The translations under genes were made by a program, and so were the position numbers. Of a DNA stretch of 64,000 nucleotides, positions 9,313 through 18,305 are shown piece after piece (within the stretch, counting starts at the first letter, position 1; each line of letters opens with the position of its first letter). Location of the stretch: positions 1 through 64,000 of the forward strand of contig JBHLMG010000003.1 in assembly GCA_048938385.1 (NCBI GenBank), read 5' to 3'. The notes under the pieces were generated by a model. It was not told where the DNA came from. It saw only the letters and a list, made by a program, of their open reading frames with translations, and did not search any database. Source of the stretch: Promethearchaeota archaeon (lineage in GTDB: Archaea; Asgardarchaeota; Hermodarchaeia; Hermodarchaeales; Hermodarchaeaceae).

Positions 9313-10677
9313 ATGATTCAAGAGGAAAGACCACCAACAAAGGAAGAGCTCCTCGAAAAGGCTAAACAGCCAGCCAAAGACGCCATGCAACTACACCCAT
9401 ATTACAAAGGCAAAATCCAAACCATCCCCAAATGCACCATCAGGGGTTTCGACGATTTCGCAATATGGTACACCCCTGGAGTAGCTGCTCCTTGCCGTGA
9501 CATCCAAGCTAACCCCGACAAAGTGTGGGATCACACCAATAAGGGTAACACCATCGCCGTTGTTAGTGACGGCAGTCGTGTCTTAGGACTTGGAAATATC
9601 GGACCTGAAGGTGCTATGCCGGTTATGGAGGGCAAGGCCCTTATTTTCAAGTACTTAGGAGGCGTTGATGCAATACCCATCTGTTTGAACACACAAGATC
9701 CTGAGAACTTCATTCGAGCGACCAAACTTCTTGAACCCAGTTTTGGCGGGATTAATCTTGAAGACATCTCAAAGCCAAAATGCTTCAATATTTTACACCG
9801 GCTGAAAACCGACATGAAAATACCAGTATTCCACGATGATCAACAGGGTACTGCCACAATCATCCTAGCCGGCTTGCTAGGCGCCTTACGTTTTGTAGGT
9901 AAATCCTTAGATCAAGTTCAGATTGGTATGTTCGGTGTAGGTGCAGCGAATACATGCACTGCTGAATTACTCATCGAGGCTGGGGTTCCTGCAGGAAACC
10001 TGATTCTTTGTGACCGTGATGGTTTACTCCATAAGGGTCGAGAAGACCTGAAGGCAATGAAAGAGGATGAGCATGAAAAGTACGATCTGGCCATCCTCAC
10101 TAACGAGGAACAGCGAACCGGAGACTTTGGAGAGGCACTTCAGGGTGCTGATGTGTGCATTAGCGCATCCGCACCAATTCCTGGCTTAATCAAGAAAGAG
10201 TGGGTCGAAAAAATGGCGAAAGACGCCATCGTCTTCGCCTGCGCTAATCCTCTCCCCGAAATCTGGCCGTGGGAAGCAAAGGAAGCTGGTGCTAGAGTGG
10301 TTGGAACGGGTCGTTCAGACTTTGATAATCAGATAAACAACAGTTTGGGCTTCCCCGCTATCTTTCGCGGAGCCCTAGATGTTCGGGCTATGGAGATCAC
10401 CGATGAAATGTGCATCGCCGCCGCTTCTCGACTCGCTGATTTAGCAGAAGAACGCGGCCTACGCGAAAATTATGTAATTCCTAGTATGGAAGAATGGGAA
10501 CTCTACCCTGCTGAGGCCGTCGCTGTAGGTATGAAAGCTATTGAACAAGGTATTGCTCGAAAGGAGTGGGAAGAGGCTGAACTCCTCAAACATGCAACAA
10601 GGCTCATCAAACGATCCATTGATATTACGCAATCGCTGATGGATAATGGGTTCATTCCCAAAGCCCCTCTCTCCTAA
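9313..10677 (+). CDS. NAD(P)-dependent malic enzyme
   Basis: YTPGVA, VLGLGNIG, VMEGKA, GGINLEDI, FHDDQQGT, ANPLPEI, TGRSDFDNQINNSLGFP. Start moved from 9217 to the ATG downstream of a TATA-like box. Confidence 0.95.
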   Translation: MIQEERPPTKEELLEKAKQPAKDAMQLHPYYKGKIQTIPKCTIRGFDDFAIWYTPGVAAPCRDIQANPDKVWDHTNKGNTIAVVSDGSRVLGLGNIGPEGAMPVMEGKALIFKYLGGVDAIPICLNTQDPENFIRATKLLEPSFGGINLEDISKPKCFNILHRLKTDMKIPVFHDDQQGTATIILAGLLGALRFVGKSLDQVQIGMFGVGAANTCTAELLIEAGVPAGNLILCDRDGLLHKGREDLKAMKEDEHEKYDLAILTNEEQRTGDFGEALQGADVCISASAPIPGLIKKEWVEKMAKDAIVFACANPLPEIWPWEAKEAGARVVGTGRSDFDNQINNSLGFPAIFRGALDVRAMEITDEMCIAAASRLADLAEERGLRENYVIPSMEEWELYPAEAVAVGMKAIEQGIARKEWEEAELLKHATRLIKRSIDITQSLMDNGFIPKAPLS

Positions 10678-10789
10678 AACCCCTCTTTCCCATCATTTGA
10701 AAATTCATGAACCTAATAAGGATAAACCTTTAACAGGTATACCCTCCACTGGGGCAGTACAAATATCTCAATCTCTGAGGGTTTCCTGC

Positions 10790-11464
10790 GTGTTAGTATT
10801 GGTATCTGATTTAGATGGAACGCTCATCAATGTGAAGGACCGATTTGCTCATGCACAGGTCAACGCCTTAGCCCAATTGGGTTACACCATTACCGTTGAA
10901 CAAGTAGCTCCTTTCGTGCAATATATGATGGATGCAGACAAATTCCTCACGGGATTAGGGATTTCTTTGGAAAGTAGCGAAATACTTCAATACCTAGCAC
11001 TCGTTGAAAGAGAATTTTACCAAGGCTGGCACCACTCATATGTGATTCCTGGAGTCATTGAAGCCCTTCTCCGTGTTCGCCCGCGTGTGGATGCACTTCG
11101 TCTTATTACCTCACGGGCTTGGATTGCGGATACCCACAAAGAAGTCGAAGCTTTTGGACTAGATCAGGTGTTCAATCATCATGTCTACACGCGTGGTCAT
11201 CTAGCTAAGGCGGAAGGAGTAGATGAAATTCCTCTATTTCCATTCCTCGACCATCGGCAGCGGCTCATACAATTAGCCATAGCGGATATTGATTCACCTG
11301 ACATAGTGTGGGTAATAGGGGACTCACCTAATGAAATGAAGGCTGCTTGGGATTTAGGGTTAATTACTGTTGGAGTGCTAACAGGTTTCTCGACAGCGGA
11401 AGAGCTCGAGCCCTTTTGCACTCACATCCTGAATTCGGCTGCAGAAATCACTACTCTCTTATAA
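10790..11464 (+). CDS. HAD-superfamily phosphatase (paralog 1)
   Basis: SDLDGTL, ITSR, VIGDSPNE, GVLTG; GTG start after GAGG. Confidence 0.88.
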   Translation: MLVLVSDLDGTLINVKDRFAHAQVNALAQLGYTITVEQVAPFVQYMMDADKFLTGLGISLESSEILQYLALVEREFYQGWHHSYVIPGVIEALLRVRPRVDALRLITSRAWIADTHKEVEAFGLDQVFNHHVYTRGHLAKAEGVDEIPLFPFLDHRQRLIQLAIADIDSPDIVWVIGDSPNEMKAAWDLGLITVGVLTGFSTAEELEPFCTHILNSAAEITTLL

Positions 11465-11526
11465 TTACTCAAGCCTGGCAGTAGCGAAGGTTTTAACAGT
11501 CAAATCATTGTTCCTTCACCATAGCA

Positions 11527-12204
11527 ATGACCATCTCAGCGCTAATTTCTGATCTTGATGGCACACTCATCGATACTCGTGAACGGTCCATTCAAGCTCA
11601 TGCTAGTGCATTTCAACGAGTTGGGTATCAAATTGAAATCGACACCATTCGGGCCCTCTACCATTACTCTTTCGATGCTAATGAGTTATTTCGCCACCTA
11701 AATATTCGTCTAAGCAAGTCCAATTTCACTCGTTATCTACAAGGCTTCAAAACCGCCTTTTACAAGAATTGGCGCTACTCAAAGGTCTTTCCAGGAGTTC
11801 GCAAAACACTAGAATACCTACGAGAACATGTAGAATATATGCGTTTAATCACTTCTCGACAGGGCGTCGAATCCACCCGTAGAGAAGTCCGCCATTTTGG
11901 CTTGGATAAAGTATTTGATGGTGTCTTTACTCGGGGTGATCTTGCTCAAGTCGAAGGTAAGGACCAGATTCCGCTTTTTCCATACCTTCCTCAACGGCGC
12001 CGGCTCCTCAGGTTTGCCCTCCAAGGAGTTACACTAGACGGTTCTGTTTGGGTTGTTGGAGACACGCCTGGAGAGCTTGAAGCTGCAAAAAGCCTAGGAT
12101 TTACTACAATCGGCGTGCTAACCGGATTTGGCGTAGAGGAAACCTTGAAACCTGTGGCAGACTATTTACTACCTTCGGTTGCCGAAATTGTGCAACTTAT
12201 CTAA
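11527..12204 (+). CDS. HAD-superfamily phosphatase (paralog 2)
   Basis: SDLDGTL, ITSR, VVGDTPGE, GVLTG. Confidence 0.9.
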   Translation: MTISALISDLDGTLIDTRERSIQAHASAFQRVGYQIEIDTIRALYHYSFDANELFRHLNIRLSKSNFTRYLQGFKTAFYKNWRYSKVFPGVRKTLEYLREHVEYMRLITSRQGVESTRREVRHFGLDKVFDGVFTRGDLAQVEGKDQIPLFPYLPQRRRLLRFALQGVTLDGSVWVVGDTPGELEAAKSLGFTTIGVLTGFGVEETLKPVADYLLPSVAEIVQLI

Positions 12205-12228
12205 GCTCTTCTCATAAGGTATGTAACA

Positions 12229-13692
12229 ATGCCAATGTCTCCAAACCCCGAAATCCGTGAAGCAACTCCAATCCAGTTCGATAGTCGTCAATACCAGGAA
12301 CATATCCTCAAACGCATCCAAGAAAACCAAGATCACAACATATTGGTTGAACTGGATTGTGGTTTGGGTAAGCGAGTTCTTACCTACAAACTCGTCGCTG
12401 AAACTTTCCCTAACACGCGCTTCGTCATCACTGTGAACTCCTCTTCCTCTCTTCAAGAAACGGCACAATACCTCGAAAAAGAATACGGCGGAGTCAAAGG
12501 GCTCGGAGTTCTTTCACCTCATGTTCGGGGACCTCGAAGGCTTCAAATGCTTAAAGAATCTCGCGTCATCCTTTGCACTGCACGCGTACTAGCCAACATC
12601 CTCAGAAAGGGTGTGGTAGTTCCTGAGACCTTTGAAGGGTTAATGATCAATGAGGTCGACACAATCCTCCGTCGTGTCGGACATAACCAGGTGCTCATTC
12701 AACCCTGGAGCTTCTTACTTGACTTTTTTAAGAACCATTGGATCATCGGACTCAGTGGTACTCTCCGTGATGACCATGTAGTTTTCGATAATGCGCAAAT
12801 TCACCTCCGCGAGGAGCTTCAAACACTTGCGGGCTTTCTGAAAAATGTTGAACTCATTACTATGGACGAACTCAAGGGCACAGACCTCAAAGACTATATT
12901 AAACCAACAGTTCTTGATGTCGTTCCAGTCCAAGACCCTGTAATTCGTGCCACTGCGATGGTTCTCGACGATCTCATTCAATCGACTAGGGAAGAAATCT
13001 ACCAAGTGCTCCAAGATGAGGGACAAGAACCGGGTAGCGCCATTCCTCAAACTACTCGACTGCTCCACTTGATGCTACACGAATTGCCCATTCCTGAAGA
13101 CCTCGCTGTACGGTATAGTGGCTTGCTCATGATTCGTAAATACCTATATGGTATGTCTGCTTCGAGTTTTCGCCGATACCTCTATCACCCTATTCTGACG
13201 CCTAAAATTGATACGCAGCGGATATTGCAAGACTGGCCCAAAATTACTCCTAAGGTTCAGGAGGTCGTCAACCTTACTAAGAAAGCTAACAAAACCGTCA
13301 TCCTCTCCTCCTACTTGCATGTGGTAAGTGAAATCAATGAACTTCTCACCCAGCAGGGCGTACAAACCTTCAAATTGACCGGTCGAGTCAAAGACAAACA
13401 ATCCGTCCTCGTAGAATTCAAACATGCCAAAGCTCCAGCAGCCATTATTCTTTCCCCTGTGGGTGAGCGCGATCTCGATTTACCCAGCGCTGATTTACTT
13501 ATCATCTGTGACACCATTAACACGACCAAGACAATCTATCAAAAGATGAAACGCAGTCGTGGTGGGCGCGTCGTGTTCCTCTTTTATGCAAATACCTCTG
13601 AAGTCGGAAAACTTCGTCGCCTCATTGATAACATCATGAAGCGATACCCTTGGTCAACCCAGCTAAGAAATGTGAGTGACCTACACGCCTAG
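12229..13692 (+). CDS. Hef/FANCM-like SF2 helicase with degenerate motifs
   Basis: Q-motif RQYQ, LDCGLGKR (motif I), INEVD (II), GLSGT (III), SPVGERDLDLP (V), YQKMKRSRG (VI). Confidence 0.75.
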   Translation: MPMSPNPEIREATPIQFDSRQYQEHILKRIQENQDHNILVELDCGLGKRVLTYKLVAETFPNTRFVITVNSSSSLQETAQYLEKEYGGVKGLGVLSPHVRGPRRLQMLKESRVILCTARVLANILRKGVVVPETFEGLMINEVDTILRRVGHNQVLIQPWSFLLDFFKNHWIIGLSGTLRDDHVVFDNAQIHLREELQTLAGFLKNVELITMDELKGTDLKDYIKPTVLDVVPVQDPVIRATAMVLDDLIQSTREEIYQVLQDEGQEPGSAIPQTTRLLHLMLHELPIPEDLAVRYSGLLMIRKYLYGMSASSFRRYLYHPILTPKIDTQRILQDWPKITPKVQEVVNLTKKANKTVILSSYLHVVSEINELLTQQGVQTFKLTGRVKDKQSVLVEFKHAKAPAAIILSPVGERDLDLPSADLLIICDTINTTKTIYQKMKRSRGGRVVFLFYANTSEVGKLRRLIDNIMKRYPWSTQLRNVSDLHA

Positions 13693-13729
13693 ACCTGCTT
13701 AACCTGAGCATGGCCTACATTTCTTCGTC

Positions 13730-14251
13730 TTATGCTTCCCAACTCGAAGGTCGAATCCAGGTATACCATGAGTAAAGAGTAAGGATGGTTAAGAAAATGA
13801 TGATTGCTAGACTTGCTATGATATTAGTTGGAAGTTCTATTGAAACGACTGAGATTGGATACTGAGGAGGACTCATAGACTGATCCAAAGTACCAGCTAA
13901 TCCGATACGGAAGTACCAAAGGATCCCAATATAGAGAGAAATAATGAAAGAACGCAATATTATATTCTCAATATCCTTCTGGCGCGTGTTAGGGTGAGTA
14001 CTGACGAACATAATGATGATTCCTATCATAACTACAGCTGTAGCATTCCCAAGTAGGAAGGGTGGTGTGCTATTGGCGATGTTGATGGTAAGCCACAGCG
14101 TGTCCAATTGAAGAGCAGCTTGGCGTCCTCGCTCTAGAAAGAACACATTTCCCGCAAAGAGTGCCACAGTGAACAGCCAAATGAGGAGAAATCCATCCCG
14201 CCATCTTTTGTCCTTTGCAGGAATCCACTTTTCAGACATCAGTCCATTCAT
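13730..14251 (-). CDS. Hypothetical membrane protein (about 4 TM)
   Basis: Four hydrophobic segments; TATA-like TATAAG and GGTGAG upstream. Confidence 0.7.
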   Translation of the reverse strand: MNGLMSEKWIPAKDKRWRDGFLLIWLFTVALFAGNVFFLERGRQAALQLDTLWLTINIANSTPPFLLGNATAVVMIGIIIMFVSTHPNTRQKDIENIILRSFIISLYIGILWYFRIGLAGTLDQSMSPPQYPISVVSIELPTNIIASLAIIIFLTILTLYSWYTWIRPSSWEA

Positions 14252-14550
14252 ACTCTCACCAGTGAGTACTGGTTAACCTAGGCTTATAGTTATTTGCTAT
14301 TGGCTTCAGCTAGGTACCTCGTTATTAGACTGCCCCCGACGAGAATGGCTGCAAATATTGTGATACGGATGAAAAATGCTCAAAGCCATATTGATTGAAA
14401 GCCTGGTTGGGCTTCAAGAGATTATTTTCTTCATAAACTTCCTTTTCCAATTAATACCAAATATTTCCTAGAATTCGTCGTATTAGAAATATATTGGTGT
14501 AGCACGCAGGTTTAACTATTCTGAACTCTGTTACATGGTGTGAAGCGAAA

Positions 14551-15162
14551 ATGGTGGCCCACAAACCTTGTCATGGAGGCGAAACATCTGCGGAGTTTCC
14601 AGTGTACCCGGTCTATGTCTATGAGCGAACCTGTAGGGCAATATTCGACTTTTGTCTGAAGGAAGCTATAGGTGCATCGCCACGCGAAGCTTTAGGAGTA
14701 ATCCTTGGGTTTCGTTGTGTCTGGCAGGGAACCAAATACATCCGTGTAACTGATTGGGCTACAGGACGAGTAGAGGCTAGCTTAGCACATGCTCGATTTA
14801 CTCCCGAAGGTATTCTCGAATACCGTCTTGCTATGCACGATCGTTATGGCACGAATCCGCATTCTCCCAGGGTAGTGGGCCTATGGCATTCGCACCCTTT
14901 TGGTAGCGACCCCCACTTTTCATCAATCGATCTACGAACCTTCTTCAACACTCCCTTCTGTGCTGAAGGAAATGTGTTCTTCCTTATTGATCCCAAAAGC
15001 CACATTTTCAAAGTGTATATGCTTCGACCTCGGCTTGATGAACCTGGATTACAACTGGAACAAGTTGACTGGTGTACCTACAAACCTTCCGTACCGACTA
15101 ATGATACTCCATTCGCAGAAGAACTCGCTACACCTCCTGAGGAGGAAAACACTGATGGCTAA
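14551..15162 (+). CDS. JAB/MPN+ (JAMM) metallo-isopeptidase
   Basis: REALGVILG catalytic Glu; VVGLWHSHPFGSDPHFSSID JAMM motif; LIDP. Confidence 0.9.
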   Translation: MVAHKPCHGGETSAEFPVYPVYVYERTCRAIFDFCLKEAIGASPREALGVILGFRCVWQGTKYIRVTDWATGRVEASLAHARFTPEGILEYRLAMHDRYGTNPHSPRVVGLWHSHPFGSDPHFSSIDLRTFFNTPFCAEGNVFFLIDPKSHIFKVYMLRPRLDEPGLQLEQVDWCTYKPSVPTNDTPFAEELATPPEEENTDG

Positions 15163-16021
15163 GGATTCTCCCACACCCATTGAGATTGATTTTTTTGAAC
15201 GGGACCAACATGATCGCACTCGTAGGTGGCTTGGAGCTACTAATTTGGATACGATTCGTCACTCCTCTGTCCTCATGGTAGGGGCTGGTGCGGTCGGCAA
15301 TGAGGTGTGTAAAAATCTCGGGTTATTAGGAATCGGAAAAATAGTCTTAGTAGATCCAGATAAGGTCGCAGCTTCGAACCTAAATCGCTGTGTTTTTTTT
15401 CGCTCAGGTGACCATGATGTGAAATTCAAAGTCGACGCTATCACAGAACGCCTACCAGAACTTGCTACAAGTACCGTGATCGAACCCCACCCTGTACCTA
15501 TTCAACAAGCACCCGATTCGGTCTGGAACACAGACCTCGTACTCGTTGGCGTTGACAACCATTATGCCCGGTTCTTGTTAAACGCAAAGAACCTAGGCTT
15601 AACTTCACCTCGGCCTATCATCAACGGCGCTATGGGCAGAGACTTCGTATCTGTTGAAGTACTTGCCCCTCCGCACACTGCCTGTTTGGTGTGTTCGTGG
15701 AGCAAGGATTTCTTAGATGGAGTGGTTGCTAACGAAGTTCGAACACGGTGTGATCCTTTCTTCGTTGATACCGTACCCCGTTTTCCCATGATCAGCTTCA
15801 TCACCTCTGTCGTTGGAGCCATTATGGCTTGGGAAGCGACTCGTATCCTCGTAGGGCTCGAACAATGGCAGAAAACCAGACAATGGCAAGAGGATTTAGA
15901 ACCCTCCCTGGGGCGTTTCATTCAATACAACTTGCAGCATCACGAGACGACGACTGGACCTATTCTGCCAAACCCTCAGTGCAGTGAAACCTTCTGTCGT
16001 AATAAACGCAAACGCACCTAG
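15155..16021 (+). CDS. E1-like (ThiF/UBA) ubiquitin-like-protein activating enzyme
   Basis: GAGAVGNEVCKNL, DPDKVAASNLNR, VDN..AR, Zn ligands CLVC and CSETFC, candidate catalytic Cys in RTRC. ATG at 15155 follows GGAGG; the ORF-track start 14900 overlaps JAB and is unlikely. Confidence 0.92.
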   Translation: MAKDSPTPIEIDFFERDQHDRTRRWLGATNLDTIRHSSVLMVGAGAVGNEVCKNLGLLGIGKIVLVDPDKVAASNLNRCVFFRSGDHDVKFKVDAITERLPELATSTVIEPHPVPIQQAPDSVWNTDLVLVGVDNHYARFLLNAKNLGLTSPRPIINGAMGRDFVSVEVLAPPHTACLVCSWSKDFLDGVVANEVRTRCDPFFVDTVPRFPMISFITSVVGAIMAWEATRILVGLEQWQKTRQWQEDLEPSLGRFIQYNLQHHETTTGPILPNPQCSETFCRNKRKRT

Positions 16022-16024
16022 CCC

Positions 16025-16897
16025 TTACGATGTCTGGATGCTGACGACTTGAGTAACCTTCCAAGTTGAACTAAGGTGAGGGGCAGCTGTGTTGGGCGGT
16101 TGCCTCCAGGTGACCTTGAACTCTTGATGAGACCGAATATCCATCCAATTCCCAATAATAATGGGAATGTGACGGTTAGTGGCTCCCAACCAGCCCACAG
16201 ATCCAAACCATGTTGGGTCCACGGGAATCCAATGGTTGCGGATCCAGACCTCACTCCAGCCATGGCGCTCCCAATGTTTCTTTGTTGAGGCAAAGCCAGA
16301 GATTAGTCGGGCGGGAATTCCTCTGGCACGGCATAACGCGGCAAACAATGCGGCATACTCTGTACAGTCGCCAACCTGATTTTCAATTGCAAATGCTGCT
16401 CCTCGCTCATGTTGTTGAGGTACATAGCGAAGTGTCTTTGTGACTGTACGCATCGCAGCTTTGACGAAGGAAACTATCTCTGTGTGGTTTTTTGCAATAT
16501 CACGGGCTAAATCTTTGATTAGATGGTGATGGGATTCGATGAAAAATTCAGGTTTCGTATACGACTGAAGCTGGCTTGGAATGGTGGGGTTTTGAACAGA
16601 CGGGGGTAGTTGGTATTGGACTGACCGATTTCGAACCAGAGCTGTGTACCCACAGCTAAAAGTCTCAAGTCCTGCTAGTTGGTGGCAAGTAAAATCCAAC
16701 CAGTGATTCCCTCTCAAATCCGTAACTTGTCGCCCAATGACGGGTTGAGGTTTAATATCAACGAGGTGTTGGTAAGGCGGAAAAGGTGGCGGGAAGGCCA
16801 GAAAGATTCGAACATTCGTTAAAGGGTTTATAGACGAATTAGCAATATTGGTTTGATAGGATACACGGTGCGCAAGTATAGCTGAGTCTGCAGTCAT
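16025..16897 (-). CDS. Transglutaminase-like (Cys-His-Asp) protein
   Basis: GDCTEYAALFAALCRARGIPAR, HGWSEVW, WIPVDPTW. Confidence 0.92.
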   Translation of the reverse strand: MTADSAILAHRVSYQTNIANSSINPLTNVRIFLAFPPPFPPYQHLVDIKPQPVIGRQVTDLRGNHWLDFTCHQLAGLETFSCGYTALVRNRSVQYQLPPSVQNPTIPSQLQSYTKPEFFIESHHHLIKDLARDIAKNHTEIVSFVKAAMRTVTKTLRYVPQQHERGAAFAIENQVGDCTEYAALFAALCRARGIPARLISGFASTKKHWERHGWSEVWIRNHWIPVDPTWFGSVGWLGATNRHIPIIIGNWMDIRSHQEFKVTWRQPPNTAAPHLSSTWKVTQVVSIQTS

Positions 16898-17280
16898 GAT
16901 TCCTGCCCTTTAACCTCGTTTTGCTCCCCCTTGCGTTTGGTATCATCATCGAGGAACACGACTCTCCCACCAGGTGAATGTGATGAGCGTCGCTGAACAT
17001 CACCAAGAAGAATTACCTTAGATCGTTCGCTGGAATCAGGTTCTACTACATCGCGCTGTAATCCGAGAAAGCGAGTGAAGTGAGGTGGATGGGCTTCGAC
17101 CCCTCGTACTATCGTTCCTGGACAAGTACCTGTTCCTGTTTCTAAGAACAGAGCACGACACGAGGGACACATGTAACTACCACAGGTCGTACAAATCCAC
17201 CACTGACTCCGAGCCTCCTCCAGCGACACATGAGCATCACAAGCCACACACTTCATGTGCGAAGCACCATGGACACTCAT
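16894..17280 (-). CDS. RING-like zinc-finger protein with disordered tail (putative E3)
   Basis: CVAC-x15-CTTC-x4-CPSC-x11-CP-x9-H; ATGA overlaps on both sides. Confidence 0.7.
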   Translation of the reverse strand: MSVHGASHMKCVACDAHVSLEEARSQWWICTTCGSYMCPSCRALFLETGTGTCPGTIVRGVEAHPPHFTRFLGLQRDVVEPDSSERSKVILLGDVQRRSSHSPGGRVVFLDDDTKRKGEQNEVKGQES

Positions 17281-17504
17281 TCTTTAGCTCCCTCCTTTAG
17301 TTTGCGTTGATGAACTCGATGAATGTTCACTTCGAAATTAGGAGATAGATTTGGAGGACGCTGTTCTTGAAACGGAACATCTCGTTCCCCAAGAATCACA
17401 ATTCGGTCCTGTACATCCTCTTCAGGAGTTGATGAAGGTTTTCGCTTTTTTTCTTTCAGTGAAGGGTCGCTATTCGGAGTGGGTGGATCTGACAAATGCA
17501 CCAC
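17277..17504 (-). CDS. Small disordered protein with SIM-like motif (or read-through extension of the E2)
   Basis: Exactly fills the gap between E2 and the RING gene; contains RIVILGE; possible TTG start at 17495 after AGGTGG. Confidence 0.55.
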   Translation of the reverse strand: MVHLSDPPTPNSDPSLKEKKRKPSSTPEEDVQDRIVILGERDVPFQEQRPPNLSPNFEVNIHRVHQRKLKEGAKE

Positions 17505-18257
17505 CTACGAGTCATTATCATCGGTATCCAGTATTCGAACCTTCCTCTCATGTGAGGTATCACCAAGAATCCGTGGAGGTCGGCTTCCTGCTTGTCGCGA
17601 AGGAGGTATTCCTTCAAGAATTTTAATTCGCCGTTCGGGGACAGAGCGAGTGCCTTGGATTTGATGGCGTTCCTCCCATAATCGATCCAATGTAGTAACG
17701 ATGTTCTCAGCATCCGCCTCATACCACGCCATCGCTGTGGTGTTAAGTCCGTGGTCTGATTGAAACTGGGAGGGTGGTTCAACGCGATCGGGTTTTAACA
17801 AGACGAAGAACGGCAAGTCTTCAAGAATTCGATCTAGTTCACCACGAACTGAATAGCAGGCTGGTCCTGTGCCACTAGAGGATAACCGAGGGTGAAACAG
17901 GGGTGTTTCTGCAGTTGGGTGAATCATCCCAATGCTTTGCGGATATTCGCGGGGCAGGTCAAAGACAAACCGGTGTTCATACCGCAAAGCTCGATTACTG
18001 GTCAGTTGACTAGGTTTTTGAGTATATCCAGGGAGGTTTCGCATAGTAAATCCCACCCGTTTGAAAGCTCCATCTCGGTACCGGGAGAGGATGGTCACAG
18101 TGAAGTCATCATTACTCCAAGTAGTATCCTCACGGCGTGGAGGGCTAGGCATCCACCCACGGCGTCCATAGAAGTTATTTATGGAGTCAAAAAAAGTTTG
18201 AATCTGAGTTTCCACTCGCGCATTAAATAATTCCGGTGAGAACACAGGCCGGGTCAT
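17505..18257 (-). CDS. E2/UBC-fold ubiquitin-like-protein conjugating enzyme
   Basis: FVFDLPREYP, TPLFHPR (HPN equivalent), catalytic Cys in GTGPAC, LDRILEDL, GLNTTAMAWY (PLN.EAA..Y equivalent). Confidence 0.8.
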   Translation of the reverse strand: MTRPVFSPELFNARVETQIQTFFDSINNFYGRRGWMPSPPRREDTTWSNDDFTVTILSRYRDGAFKRVGFTMRNLPGYTQKPSQLTSNRALRYEHRFVFDLPREYPQSIGMIHPTAETPLFHPRLSSSGTGPACYSVRGELDRILEDLPFFVLLKPDRVEPPSQFQSDHGLNTTAMAWYEADAENIVTTLDRLWEERHQIQGTRSVPERRIKILEGIPPSRQAGSRPPRILGDTSHERKVRILDTDDNDS

Positions 18258-18305
18258 TGTTCGATTCCTCCTTGGAATGGATGGAAGTTGCTGATGGTGC
18301 TGTTA

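Noticed and set aside
14900-15154. 85-aa N-terminal extension of E1 given by the ORF track
   Set aside because: Overlaps the JAB catalytic region in another frame; the ATG at 15155 has a GGAGG RBS
17456-17782. 108-aa minus-strand ORF and other short ORFs overlapping the locus genes
   Set aside because: Alternative-frame or antisense shadows of better-supported genes
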